Part shown: positions 44,481 to 52,530 of the stretch, piece after piece
Layout of the letters: every line of letters starts with the position of its first letter
Position numbering within the stretch: position 1 is the stretch's first letter
Assembly: GCA_050741915.1 (NCBI GenBank)
Contig: JBOGEX010000106.1
Span: 702 to 64,701, forward strand
Reading direction: 5' to 3'
DNA: 64,000 bases
Origin: Acidimicrobiia bacterium
Lineage (GTDB): Bacteria > Actinomycetota > Acidimicrobiia > Spongiisociales > ZC4RG35
The notes under the pieces: model-generated
Told to the model about the DNA's origin: nothing
Databases searched by the model: none
What the model saw: the letters and a program-made list of their open reading frames with translations, nothing else
Made by a program: the position numbers and the translations under genes

Positions 44481-44996
44481 TTGATGGACGATCTGCGAAT
44501 TCGCTTGGCCGAGGACCTCGATCGAGCCTTTCCCGAATTAGTGGAAGGACTCCAGTCGGAACTCTTCTCGGGGCTGAGGTCGCTGGCAGGAGGGGACGCC
44601 GAGGATCTGGCCCAGGAAACATTCATACGTGCCTACCGGGCCCTCTCGGAATACGAGCCCGAACGAGTCCGCAATCTTTCGCTCCGCGGGTGGATGTGGA
44701 CGATTGCTCTCAACCTGGGACGCAACCATCTGCGAGACCGCGCTCGGCGTCCAACCATCGCCGGTGATCTCTTCGAGGTGGGACGGCATGATCCGGAGCC
44801 TGCCGACTGGATGGCGTGGGACGCTCGGTTGCAGAAACTGAGTATCCCGATAAGGAAGGCCGTCGTCCTCCGCCATGTCGTCGGCCTCGACTACCCCGAA
44901 ATCTCTTCGGTAACCGGACGACCGGTCGGAACTGTAAAGGCAGACGTCCACCGCGGATTGCAACGACTGAGAACGATCATGGAGGAAGAAGAATGA
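44481..44996 (+). CDS. ECF-type RNA polymerase sigma factor
   Basis: ORF 44481..44996 (171 aa). Region 2 AEDLAQETFIRAYRAL...GWMWTIALNLGRNHLRDR. Region 4 AVVLRHVVGLDYPEISSVTGRPVGTVKADVHRGLQRLR. Confidence 0.9.
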   Translation: MMDDLRIRLAEDLDRAFPELVEGLQSELFSGLRSLAGGDAEDLAQETFIRAYRALSEYEPERVRNLSLRGWMWTIALNLGRNHLRDRARRPTIAGDLFEVGRHDPEPADWMAWDARLQKLSIPIRKAVVLRHVVGLDYPEISSVTGRPVGTVKADVHRGLQRLRTIMEEEE

Positions 44997-45568
44997 CAAT
45001 CGAAGAGACCCTTGCCAGCCTGCATCGAGAGGCGCCACCCTCAATCAAGGCCAATGTCGAGCTCGGCACCGGCCTTGCCGACGGAGTCTCCATCTTCGAC
45101 AGCCCGGTTGGCGACCTGGCCGTGACATTCAACCTGCGGGGAGTCTCATCGGTGAGCCTGGCCGCACTTGATTTCGCGGACTACTTTCAGTACAGGTTCG
45201 GTCGGAGACTTATCGAGGCCCTGCCCCCGGCAGGGTGGGAGAAGTTGATCAACCGTGGAATCGAAGCCGGCACCCCGGGTGAGCTACCTCTCGACCTGCG
45301 GGGACTAACCGTGTTCCGACGAGAGATCATGCTGATCGCCACCACCATCCCCCGGGGAGAGGTGCGGCCGTACCAATGGTTGGCAACCCAGGCCGGGCGC
45401 CCTGGTGCGGCCCGGGCGGTGGGAAGTGCCATGGCCAACAACCCGATACCCCTTATCGTTCCCTGCCACCGGGTGGTCCGGGCTGATGGTTCTCTTGGTG
45501 CCTACTCGCTCGGCGGGCCCGATAACAAGCGGGTTCTTCTGGCGAAAGAGGGATACGCCGAAGGATGA
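44993..45568 (+). CDS. ogt: methylated-DNA--protein-cysteine methyltransferase (MGMT/Ogt family)
   Basis: ORF 44816..45568 trimmed to ATG 44993 (ATGA overlap with the sigma-factor stop). Active site IPLIVPCHRVVRADGSLGAYSLGG. N-terminal domain SPVGDLAVTF. Confidence 0.85.
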   Translation: MTIEETLASLHREAPPSIKANVELGTGLADGVSIFDSPVGDLAVTFNLRGVSSVSLAALDFADYFQYRFGRRLIEALPPAGWEKLINRGIEAGTPGELPLDLRGLTVFRREIMLIATTIPRGEVRPYQWLATQAGRPGAARAVGSAMANNPIPLIVPCHRVVRADGSLGAYSLGGPDNKRVLLAKEGYAEG

Positions 45569-45635
45569 GTCAGACGCCCTAGCCAAATTGTCTTCAATGC
45601 ATGGCACGTTGAGGCGATAAATATGAGAATTGATC

Positions 45636-47153
45636 ATGGCCGACACGCCAGAACGCAGACCATCGAGCGAGGCGACTACCGACGCGCCCCCAGAGCAAGC
45701 TCAGCTTGATCTCGCTCCCTCGTTCGCGGCCGACGACAAAAGAGAAGACTCGTGGAGTCCTCTGACCACGGCAAACACCGATTACGAACGACTGTGGTCG
45801 ATACCGAATGGATTTAGCGCCCAGCCCGAATCCGGAGCGGAAACGCCGCCCCTAACTCCGCTCCCTGGGTCAGAGGAGCCGGAAACCCCGCCCCCGCTCG
45901 TCCTCCCCTCACCGCCAGCGGCCACCCCGGGCTTCACAGGCACCCTGGTGACGGGTTCGGAAGTTCTCAACGCCTCGATTGTCGTCGGGAGCGGAGGGAT
46001 CGTGCTCTGGGGAGGTGGCGCCGAGATCGGAACCTGGAAGCACTCGCAAGCCAAGATCGCCCGTTTGACTCATGCCCGCTTTGCCATCCAGGCCGAAGGG
46101 GAGACGCTTACCTTCACAGCCGAGGACCCCGCCGGCCTCGACAACGCCATCGCCATGGCCGTCAAGCATGGGCCGACCACCGAGCCGAGTGCGGATGAGG
46201 GCCTGTCACCGGCCATCGTGGTGGAGCCGCCTATTCTGCCGCCGGCCAAAGAGCCCATCTCCTCGGCACCCGATCCTGGTGCCGGGGTGGCACCGGTGCG
46301 GAGGCCTCGCATCAAGAATTTTCGACCGGAGACATCGGAGGCCACGTTCGTACCGGCGGCAATCCCTCCCGACGCCCCGAGCGAGATCACCTCCGAGGTT
46401 CCCGAGGACGACGACGGATTCACCATCGCCGACTCGGTGCGCGCCTCGAGTGATCATCGGACCGTCAAGGCCCGGCGTTTCCGACCCAACGACCTCCGGG
46501 GGATCGTGATCAAGTCCGGAGTGCTGCTCGGAGTTATCGCGGTTTTGGCCGGAGCCACATATGCAGTCATGGTCCTGATGCGGCCGGGCGATGGCGAGGC
46601 AACGGCGACCTCCCAACCGGCGGCCACCGCCCCACCTGTGACCATCGTGATCACCACGATTCCTCCGGTGACGGTGGCGACCACGGCGCCGCTGTCTGAT
46701 ACCACCTTCTTTCAAACGGACCCCTCGATCCTGACCCAGCGCTGGAACTCGCTGGCCGAGGTCGCCGCCCCCAACATGGTCCTCTTCTCTGACATAACGT
46801 CGCCGTTCATCTTGCTCCTGACCCCGGACGTCACGCTCGAGGGTGTCCTCGACCCTGTCGCAGGGAACGTCACTATGCGCGCTACTCCGAGCGGAACCCC
46901 GGAAGGCGACGGAGCAATCCTCAGTGCTCTTGGGATTCTGATCGGGACCGCCGATCCCACCCTCGACGGTGGCGACCGTAAGGCGTTGCTCGGCCAGCTG
47001 GGCCTCGACGTTGATCGTCCCGAACTGGGCGGCATCAACGGTTCGTTGACCCACAATGGGCTCGCCTATCGGATGGTCTATCAAGCCGAACAGAACACGC
47101 TCGAGTTCGCCATTACCCCCGAGGGAGCAACGACGACCACGACCGCCAGTTAG
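45636..47153 (+). CDS. hypothetical single-pass membrane protein with a Pro-rich cytoplasmic half and an uncharacterised extracytoplasmic domain
   Basis: ORF 45630..47153 (ATG at 45636). One TM segment, IVIKSGVLLGVIAVLAGATYAVMVLM, at about codon 300. Coding-like GC3. No family recognised. Confidence 0.55.
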   Translation: MADTPERRPSSEATTDAPPEQAQLDLAPSFAADDKREDSWSPLTTANTDYERLWSIPNGFSAQPESGAETPPLTPLPGSEEPETPPPLVLPSPPAATPGFTGTLVTGSEVLNASIVVGSGGIVLWGGGAEIGTWKHSQAKIARLTHARFAIQAEGETLTFTAEDPAGLDNAIAMAVKHGPTTEPSADEGLSPAIVVEPPILPPAKEPISSAPDPGAGVAPVRRPRIKNFRPETSEATFVPAAIPPDAPSEITSEVPEDDDGFTIADSVRASSDHRTVKARRFRPNDLRGIVIKSGVLLGVIAVLAGATYAVMVLMRPGDGEATATSQPAATAPPVTIVITTIPPVTVATTAPLSDTTFFQTDPSILTQRWNSLAEVAAPNMVLFSDITSPFILLLTPDVTLEGVLDPVAGNVTMRATPSGTPEGDGAILSALGILIGTADPTLDGGDRKALLGQLGLDVDRPELGGINGSLTHNGLAYRMVYQAEQNTLEFAITPEGATTTTTAS

Positions 47154-47159
47154 AAACGC

Positions 47160-48611
47160 CTAGGCAGGGCCAGCTTCCCGCAGAGCTTCGGTGATAGGGC
47201 CCCACTCCTCGAGTTCCCCAGGGTCGTCGAGACCCACCGGAGAGACAAAGACGGCGTTGACCCCCTGGACCGCCAGTTCTTGATAGCGCGTGATCTGACG
47301 CTCGGGCACTCCGGCGTGATGGCGGTCGGCGAATACCTCGGCCAGCATGCGGCCCCGCCACTGTTCGACACGCGAGGCCACAGTCGAGCGATCACGACCC
47401 AGCAGCGGAAATTCGAGGACCGAGAGATGGAATTCCGATGGCCCCTGCAGTCTTTGTTTGACGGCTGGCAAGACCTCCTCGAGCCTGGCTGACCCCACGA
47501 TGTTGAGGCCATCGGCCAGACGACTCGCCAGCGCCACCGTTCTTTTTCCTTTGCCGCCCACGTAGATCGGAATGCGGTGTACCGGGCGCGGGTAACAAAC
47601 CGCTTCGTGAACGGAGTGAACCTTCCCCACATAAGTTGCCTTGCCCGGTCCCCACATCAGGCGGAGGATTTGAATCGTGTCCTCAAGCACCTCGAGACGG
47701 GCCGCCGGTCTCAACCGCTGGTAGCCGTAGGCGCGCTGCTCGGCCACAAACCACCCCGCCCCGACACCGCAGAACGCACGCCCTCCGCTTAAGGCATCGA
47801 GGCTGGCAAGGATCTTCGCCAAGAGCGCGGGGTTGCGGAGGGTCACGCCGGTCACCAACGTCCCCAGCTCCAAACGAGAGGTCGAGGCGGCCATGAATGC
47901 CAACGCCGTGTACGCCTCGACGATGTTGTCCCACTCCCGTCCCACCTGAGGGATTTGCACCAGATGGTCCATGACGGCCAATCCTCGAAACCCGGCCGCT
48001 TCGGCCCCGGCGGCCATTCGACTCAACCACGGACCGAGCGGTTTGCGGCGGGGAAACCGGGAAAGCTGAAGGTAGAGGTCAAGACCGGTACGAGGTGGCG
48101 GTTCCTCTGTCGCGACCTTGGCCGTATCAGCGTGAGCCCGATCACCCCCCCGAATCACGACGATCAGGTCCCAGCCCTCTGCCTCGAGCTCGGCTATTGC
48201 CTGCCGCAGACGCCGGAACTGTCCGGTCAGGACCGTCGCCGGCACCGGGCGCGGGCGGGTCCGGTTCCGGATTCGACAAACGTTCTCTGGGATTTCGAAG
48301 ATCACCGCGACCGCCGGCAACCCCGCGTTCTGGGCCGACTCACGATGAGTTTGCCTTCTACCCGGATCGAAGCCGAGGGTGTCGACCACCGTCGCCAGGC
48401 GTCGGCCCACCCGCGCCGCCACAATCTGGTCGAGGAGGCCGAAGGCGACCTCGCTGGCATCGAGATCATGCTCACCGCTGCCGACCAGGGCTCGCAGGCG
48501 ATCGGAGGAGACGATCTCCTCGGGGCGATAGCGCGTCGCCGCCCAAGTCGACTTCCCCGAACCCGAGGCGCCGACCAGAACAACTAACGCTGGATCAGGA
48601 ATCTCTTCCAT
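47160..48611 (-). CDS. fusion protein: N-terminal P-loop polynucleotide-kinase-like (AAA_33/Pnkp-kinase-like) domain + C-terminal LLM-class (luciferase-like, probably F420-dependent) oxidoreductase
   Basis: ORF 47160..48821 trimmed to ATG 48611 (16 nt after the CHAD stop). N-terminal domain: LVVLVGASGSGKSTWAATRYRPEEIVSSDRLRALV...ATVVDTLG...AVAVIFEIPENVCRIRNRTRPRPVP. C-terminal domain: LAVMDHLVQIP...EAYTALAFMAASTSRLELGTLVTGVTLRNPALLAK...LSGGRAFCGVGAGW. Confidence 0.75.
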   Translation of the reverse strand: MEEIPDPALVVLVGASGSGKSTWAATRYRPEEIVSSDRLRALVGSGEHDLDASEVAFGLLDQIVAARVGRRLATVVDTLGFDPGRRQTHRESAQNAGLPAVAVIFEIPENVCRIRNRTRPRPVPATVLTGQFRRLRQAIAELEAEGWDLIVVIRGGDRAHADTAKVATEEPPPRTGLDLYLQLSRFPRRKPLGPWLSRMAAGAEAAGFRGLAVMDHLVQIPQVGREWDNIVEAYTALAFMAASTSRLELGTLVTGVTLRNPALLAKILASLDALSGGRAFCGVGAGWFVAEQRAYGYQRLRPAARLEVLEDTIQILRLMWGPGKATYVGKVHSVHEAVCYPRPVHRIPIYVGGKGKRTVALASRLADGLNIVGSARLEEVLPAVKQRLQGPSEFHLSVLEFPLLGRDRSTVASRVEQWRGRMLAEVFADRHHAGVPERQITRYQELAVQGVNAVFVSPVGLDDPGELEEWGPITEALREAGPA

Positions 48612-48627
48612 CGACGACGGACCCTGA

Positions 48628-49596
48628 TCAGTCGCGGCCGTAAGACCAGGCCGACCAATAAGCCTTGAGACGACCGGTGAACTGGGACGCTCCTTCGGCG
48701 TAGATTCGGGAGCCCATGACACCGGCGGCGCCCTCCAGGTCCCGCCGGCGTTGATTGGAGAGGGCGACCAGGAGATTGCGCTCGTCGGGATCGGGGGCGA
48801 GTTCGGGAAGTGCGGCCACAAGACGTATCAACTCGCTCTGGTCGTGATCGTCGCCAAGCAGGTCGCCCAACTGCTCGAGCGATGTCGCCAGCCCCCCGAT
48901 CACTTCTGGCCACATGGGACTCGAGATCTCCATCTGATGACGGAGATACTTCACTTGCTTGCGCCACCCGTGAAAGTGCTCGGGGGCTCGAGTCCGGTAG
49001 GCGATCTGCATCGCCTTGCGGCCACGCTCGTACGTTTGGCCAACCCCTCCTCTGATCGATCGAAATGAGTTGGGGATGATGCGCGGGCCGTACCGAGGGT
49101 CGGAGGGGTCGGTGGGCCAAGCTGCATAACGCGAGCGAGCCTTGTAGAGGATTGCCGACACTTGGCGGAGGACTTCAGGGTCATCGACGACCCGCACGAT
49201 CATTCGCTCATGCCGCCCGCGCAAGCGCTCCTCGATACCTCCGAAGACGCCGGGAGCGAGGAGATGGCCATAGCGGCTTCGCAGCCTGGTGACCGCATCG
49301 AGAGTGACTTTTCCGTCGCGGATCGGAGCCACCAATCGGGAGGCCGAGGCCAGCGCCTCATTCTCCGCTCGATACACCTTCTCGCCGACGACGGGTCGAA
49401 CCATCCGCAGCAGCGCCCGAACTCGCTTGTTTGATTTGCGGAGTTCGTGGATGGCGACGTTGAGGTCGGCGCGGGAAGAGAGACTTTCGAGGGAGAACTC
49501 GAATTGCTCGAGGCAGATTCGCTGGAGGCCACGGGAGAGGTCCTCGCCGGGAATCACATGGAACTCTGGCGTCGGCACGGCCGGCAAGTGTGGCAC
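48628..49596 (-). CDS. CHAD domain-containing protein
   Basis: ORF 48628..49596 (322 aa). Helical, with IHELRKSNKRVRALLRM and HGWRKQVKYLRHQMEI (the conserved His/Arg-Lys helices of CHAD). Confidence 0.8.
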   Translation of the reverse strand: MPHLPAVPTPEFHVIPGEDLSRGLQRICLEQFEFSLESLSSRADLNVAIHELRKSNKRVRALLRMVRPVVGEKVYRAENEALASASRLVAPIRDGKVTLDAVTRLRSRYGHLLAPGVFGGIEERLRGRHERMIVRVVDDPEVLRQVSAILYKARSRYAAWPTDPSDPRYGPRIIPNSFRSIRGGVGQTYERGRKAMQIAYRTRAPEHFHGWRKQVKYLRHQMEISSPMWPEVIGGLATSLEQLGDLLGDDHDQSELIRLVAALPELAPDPDERNLLVALSNQRRRDLEGAAGVMGSRIYAEGASQFTGRLKAYWSAWSYGRD

Positions 49597-49602
49597 GGGC
49601 GC

Positions 49603-50820
49603 TCAGGCTAACGACAGCGAGGCGAGGCGACCTTCCAGAAATCGGCGATCCGCGTCGTTCATGTTGATCTGGAGGGCCGACCGATAGGCCGCGGCCGCTT
49701 CGAGATCGCGACCGAGCTGACGAAGAAAGTCCGCCCGCGTCGACCAATACAGGTGCCAGCCTTCGACGCCGGCGATGTCCTCCAAGAGGTCGAGGCCGGC
49801 CTCAGGTCCGAAGACTTTCGACTCGGCGATGGCTCGGTTCACGCGGATCACGGGACCATCGTTGAACGATTCGAGCAGGCGGTACAGGTCGGCGATTTGG
49901 CGCCAGTCGGTCTCGGCGTCCGACCGGGCCTGACCATGGAGGCAGGCGATGGCGCCCTGAATCTGATACGGCCCGGGCCGCCGTCGCCTGAGAGTTCTCT
50001 CGATGAGAAGCGATGCTTCCCCGATCGCCTTCAAGTCCCATAACGATCGGTCCTGATCGGCGAGAAGAACGAGGTCCCCACTTGGGTCGAGACGTGCCCG
50101 ACGGCGGGCGTTGGTGGTGAGCATAAGCGCGAGCAGCCCTTTCACTTCGGGTTCGTCGGGCATCAACGCCGCCAGCATCCGACCAAGGCGTATCGCCTCG
50201 TCGGCGAGGTCGAATCGAGAATCGAGTGGCCCTTGGTAGGCATGATGGCCGGTAGTGAAGATGAGGTAGATAACGGCGAGAACTGCCGCCAGGCGGTCGG
50301 GCAGCTCATGATCAGAGGGAACTCGATAAGGAATGCGGGCGAGGGCGATCTTCTTCTTCGCTCGACTGATCCTTTGGCCCACGGTGGCCTCGGGAACCAG
50401 GAAGAGGCCGGCGATCTCCTGGGTCTTGAGTCCCGCGATCAGTCGCAGCGTCAAGGCGATTCGCGCCTCGATCGAAAGTGCCGGGTGGGCGCACGTGAAT
50501 ATAAGGCGAAGGCTGTCGTCGTCTTCGATCTCTAAGGAACGTCCGTAGTGCGCTTCGATCTCCTTGTCCCGCCGGCGGGCGTCTCTCCGGATTCGGTCGA
50601 GAGCCTTGTTGCGGGCGACCGCTGTCAGCCAGGCGCCCGGATTGGACGGAACGCCCTCGCCGGTCCAACGTTCCAGGGCAACAATCGCGGCCTCTTGGAG
50701 GGCATCTTCGGCCAGGTCGATGTCGCCCGTGAAGCGGATCAGGGTGGCCAAAACCCGGCCACCCTCGATCCGGATCATTTCTGCTGAAGCCGCGGCACTG
50801 TCTGGATTGCGAGTCCGCAA
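49603..50820 (-). CDS. ECF-like sigma-70 family factor with a long C-terminal (DUF6596/TPR-like) domain
   Basis: ORF 49603..50820 (405 aa). AEDALQEAAIVALERW...WLTAVARNKALDRIRR. Region 4 LKTQEIAGLFLVPEATVGQRISRAKKKI. A ~230-aa helical extension follows. This is the usual partner of YciI genes. Confidence 0.85.
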   Translation of the reverse strand: MRTRNPDSAAASAEMIRIEGGRVLATLIRFTGDIDLAEDALQEAAIVALERWTGEGVPSNPGAWLTAVARNKALDRIRRDARRRDKEIEAHYGRSLEIEDDDSLRLIFTCAHPALSIEARIALTLRLIAGLKTQEIAGLFLVPEATVGQRISRAKKKIALARIPYRVPSDHELPDRLAAVLAVIYLIFTTGHHAYQGPLDSRFDLADEAIRLGRMLAALMPDEPEVKGLLALMLTTNARRRARLDPSGDLVLLADQDRSLWDLKAIGEASLLIERTLRRRRPGPYQIQGAIACLHGQARSDAETDWRQIADLYRLLESFNDGPVIRVNRAIAESKVFGPEAGLDLLEDIAGVEGWHLYWSTRADFLRQLGRDLEAAAAYRSALQINMNDADRRFLEGRLASLSLA

Positions 50821-50837
50821 GGGTCATCGACCTGCCG

Positions 50838-51203
50838 TCATTGGTCCTGCGATAAGCCAACGCAGGGACGGACCTCGACACGGCCATGCCAGGCGCCAGG
50901 AATCTGGGCGGCCCATCCCAAGGCCTCGTCGAGGTCGGCGCACTTCAGAAGGTAGAAGCCCCCGAGGGCTTCCTTGGTCTCAGCGAAGGGACCGTCCGTG
51001 TGCACCACTTCGCCATCCTTGCCGCCTTTGACCGAGACGGTGGTGGCGGTCGTTGTCTCCTGGAGCGCCTCTCCACCCTCGATCACGCCCGCCGCTCGGG
51101 CCTTGGCTCCGAACTCGTTGTACTCGGCCATCACCTTCGACCACCGTTCAGGCGAAACGGCTCCTCCCTCTTCTGAATATATGAGGGCTGCATACAGAGG
51201 CAT
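50838..51203 (-). CDS. YciI (YCII-related/DGPF) family protein
   Basis: ORF 50838..51203 (121 aa): DGPFAETKEALGGFYLLKCADLDEALGWA. Confidence 0.85.
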   Translation of the reverse strand: MPLYAALIYSEEGGAVSPERWSKVMAEYNEFGAKARAAGVIEGGEALQETTTATTVSVKGGKDGEVVHTDGPFAETKEALGGFYLLKCADLDEALGWAAQIPGAWHGRVEVRPCVGLSQDQ

Positions 51204-51305
51204 CCTTTCTCCTTTCGTCTGCCTGGATACCGCCTTATGACGAATGGGCCGGTCCCGATTTCGACACCTTCGTCCGATCCTACGGACCGAAGATAGGGTG
51301 GCCCG

Positions 51306-51779
51306 GTGCGGATCAGTGCGGGGCTCCTTCCATATCGCTTGCGGCCGATTTCATCCCAGCCGACGAACATCGAGGTGCTGATTGCCCACCCGGGCGGGCC
51401 CTTTTTTGCTCGCAAGGAGGTCGGCGCCTGGAGTGTTGTGAAAGGCGAGATCGGACCGGATGAAGACGCCCGCTCGACTGCCTTGCGCGAGTTCCGCGAA
51501 GAGACCGGGTGGCAGGCGCCAACCGAGAACTGGATGGAGCTGGGCTCGGTTCGACTCCGCTCCGGGAAGAACGTTACTGCCTGGGCCGTGGCCGCCGAGT
51601 TCGATCCCGAGACCCTCGACCCCGGTGTGTTCCGGATGATGTGGCGGGGGCGAGTCCAGGAGTTCCCCGAGATCGATCGCGTTTCTTGGTGCTCACCAGA
51701 AGACGCTTACCGGCTGCTCAATCCAGCACAGACTCCGTTCCTCGACCGATTGGTCGAACGGGTCGCCGTCCCCAGCTAG
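51306..51779 (+). CDS. NUDIX hydrolase
   Basis: ORF 51306..51779 (157 aa, GTG). Nudix box GEIGPDEDARSTALREFREETG. Confidence 0.8.
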   Translation: MRISAGLLPYRLRPISSQPTNIEVLIAHPGGPFFARKEVGAWSVVKGEIGPDEDARSTALREFREETGWQAPTENWMELGSVRLRSGKNVTAWAVAAEFDPETLDPGVFRMMWRGRVQEFPEIDRVSWCSPEDAYRLLNPAQTPFLDRLVERVAVPS

Positions 51780-51804
51780 CCACCTCCGCCGTCCTTCTTG
51801 GCAA

Positions 51805-51909
51805 CTGTGAAGGTCCTCGCGGCTCAGGCCCGCGCAAACCTTCACAGGTACTCGTTCAGACACGTTCTGTGAAGTTCCTCGCGGCTCAGGCCCGCGCAAA
51901 CCTTCACAG
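51805..51909 (+). repeat. two tandem 43-nt hairpin repeats separated by a 19-nt spacer (period 62 nt)
   Basis: ctgtgaaggtcctcgcggctcaggcccgcgcaaaccttcacag (51805-51847) and ctgtgaagttcctcgcggctcaggcccgcgcaaaccttcacag (51867-51909). Each has 10-nt terminal inverted arms and an inner CGCGG/CCGCG stem. Confidence 0.9.
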
Positions 51910-51914
51910 AAGCT

Positions 51915-52448
51915 TTACGTAGGCGTCGTCGCGACGAATGAGGGCGGAGCGATGCTCTCGACTTGGACCGTGGTGGTTGTGAGGCCGTCCTCGATCTGGC
52001 TCTCGCCCGGGAAGCGGGCCAACAACTTGGCGATGCCTTGATTCTCGGGGAGGGAAACGAAGATCAACCGACGTATCTCCGCGTCCCTCGCCAGGACCGC
52101 GAGGAAACGGACCAACATTTCGCCGATCCCCTTTCTCTGCCAGTCGTCGACGACGGTGATCGCTACTTCGGCCTCCTCTTCATCGAGCCGGATCAGGCGC
52201 CCCACGCCAACCGGTTCACCCTCGGACAACACGCCCCAGGCCTGATGATCCCGCTGGTCAACCTCGGTTAGGTAGGCCAATTGGGTGCGAGTGAGGTGAT
52301 CGGTCGGAACCAAAAATCGCAAACGGCGCGACCGGTCAGAAAGCCGCGTCATCCCCTTTGCCAGCAATGGCTTGTCCTCCGGGCGCACGGGCCGGAGCAC
52401 GATCTTGGTTCCGCCGGAGAGCTCGATGTGAATGGGTTCTCTTTTCAT
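51915..52448 (-). CDS. GNAT family N-acetyltransferase
   Basis: ORF 51915..52448 (177 aa). Acetyl-CoA motif A-like VVDDWQRKGIGEMLVRFL. Confidence 0.8.
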   Translation of the reverse strand: MKREPIHIELSGGTKIVLRPVRPEDKPLLAKGMTRLSDRSRRLRFLVPTDHLTRTQLAYLTEVDQRDHQAWGVLSEGEPVGVGRLIRLDEEEAEVAITVVDDWQRKGIGEMLVRFLAVLARDAEIRRLIFVSLPENQGIAKLLARFPGESQIEDGLTTTTVQVESIAPPSFVATTPT

Positions 52449-52464
52449 GTTGTTTCTGACTCAC

Positions 52465-52480
52465 GCTTGCAATTGCAAGC
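52465..52480. promoter_or_regulatory. 16-bp perfect palindrome GCTTGCAATTGCAAGC in the divergent GNAT / DNA-methyltransferase promoter region (candidate operator)
   Basis: Read directly; it is self-complementary over all 16 nt. It lies 17 nt from the GNAT start and 51 nt from the methyltransferase start. Confidence 0.5.
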
Positions 52481-52530
52481 ATAGTGCACGCGATCCTTGA
52501 TTCCAGAGCCATTCCAGGAGGGGCGGTAGT

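Noticed and set aside
51805-51909. Possible mini CRISPR array (two identical-looking repeats with a spacer).
   Set aside because: There are only two units. The repeat is 43 nt and strongly self-complementary, the spacer is only 19 nt, and there are no cas genes or leader anywhere in the window. It is better described as tandem hairpin repeats.
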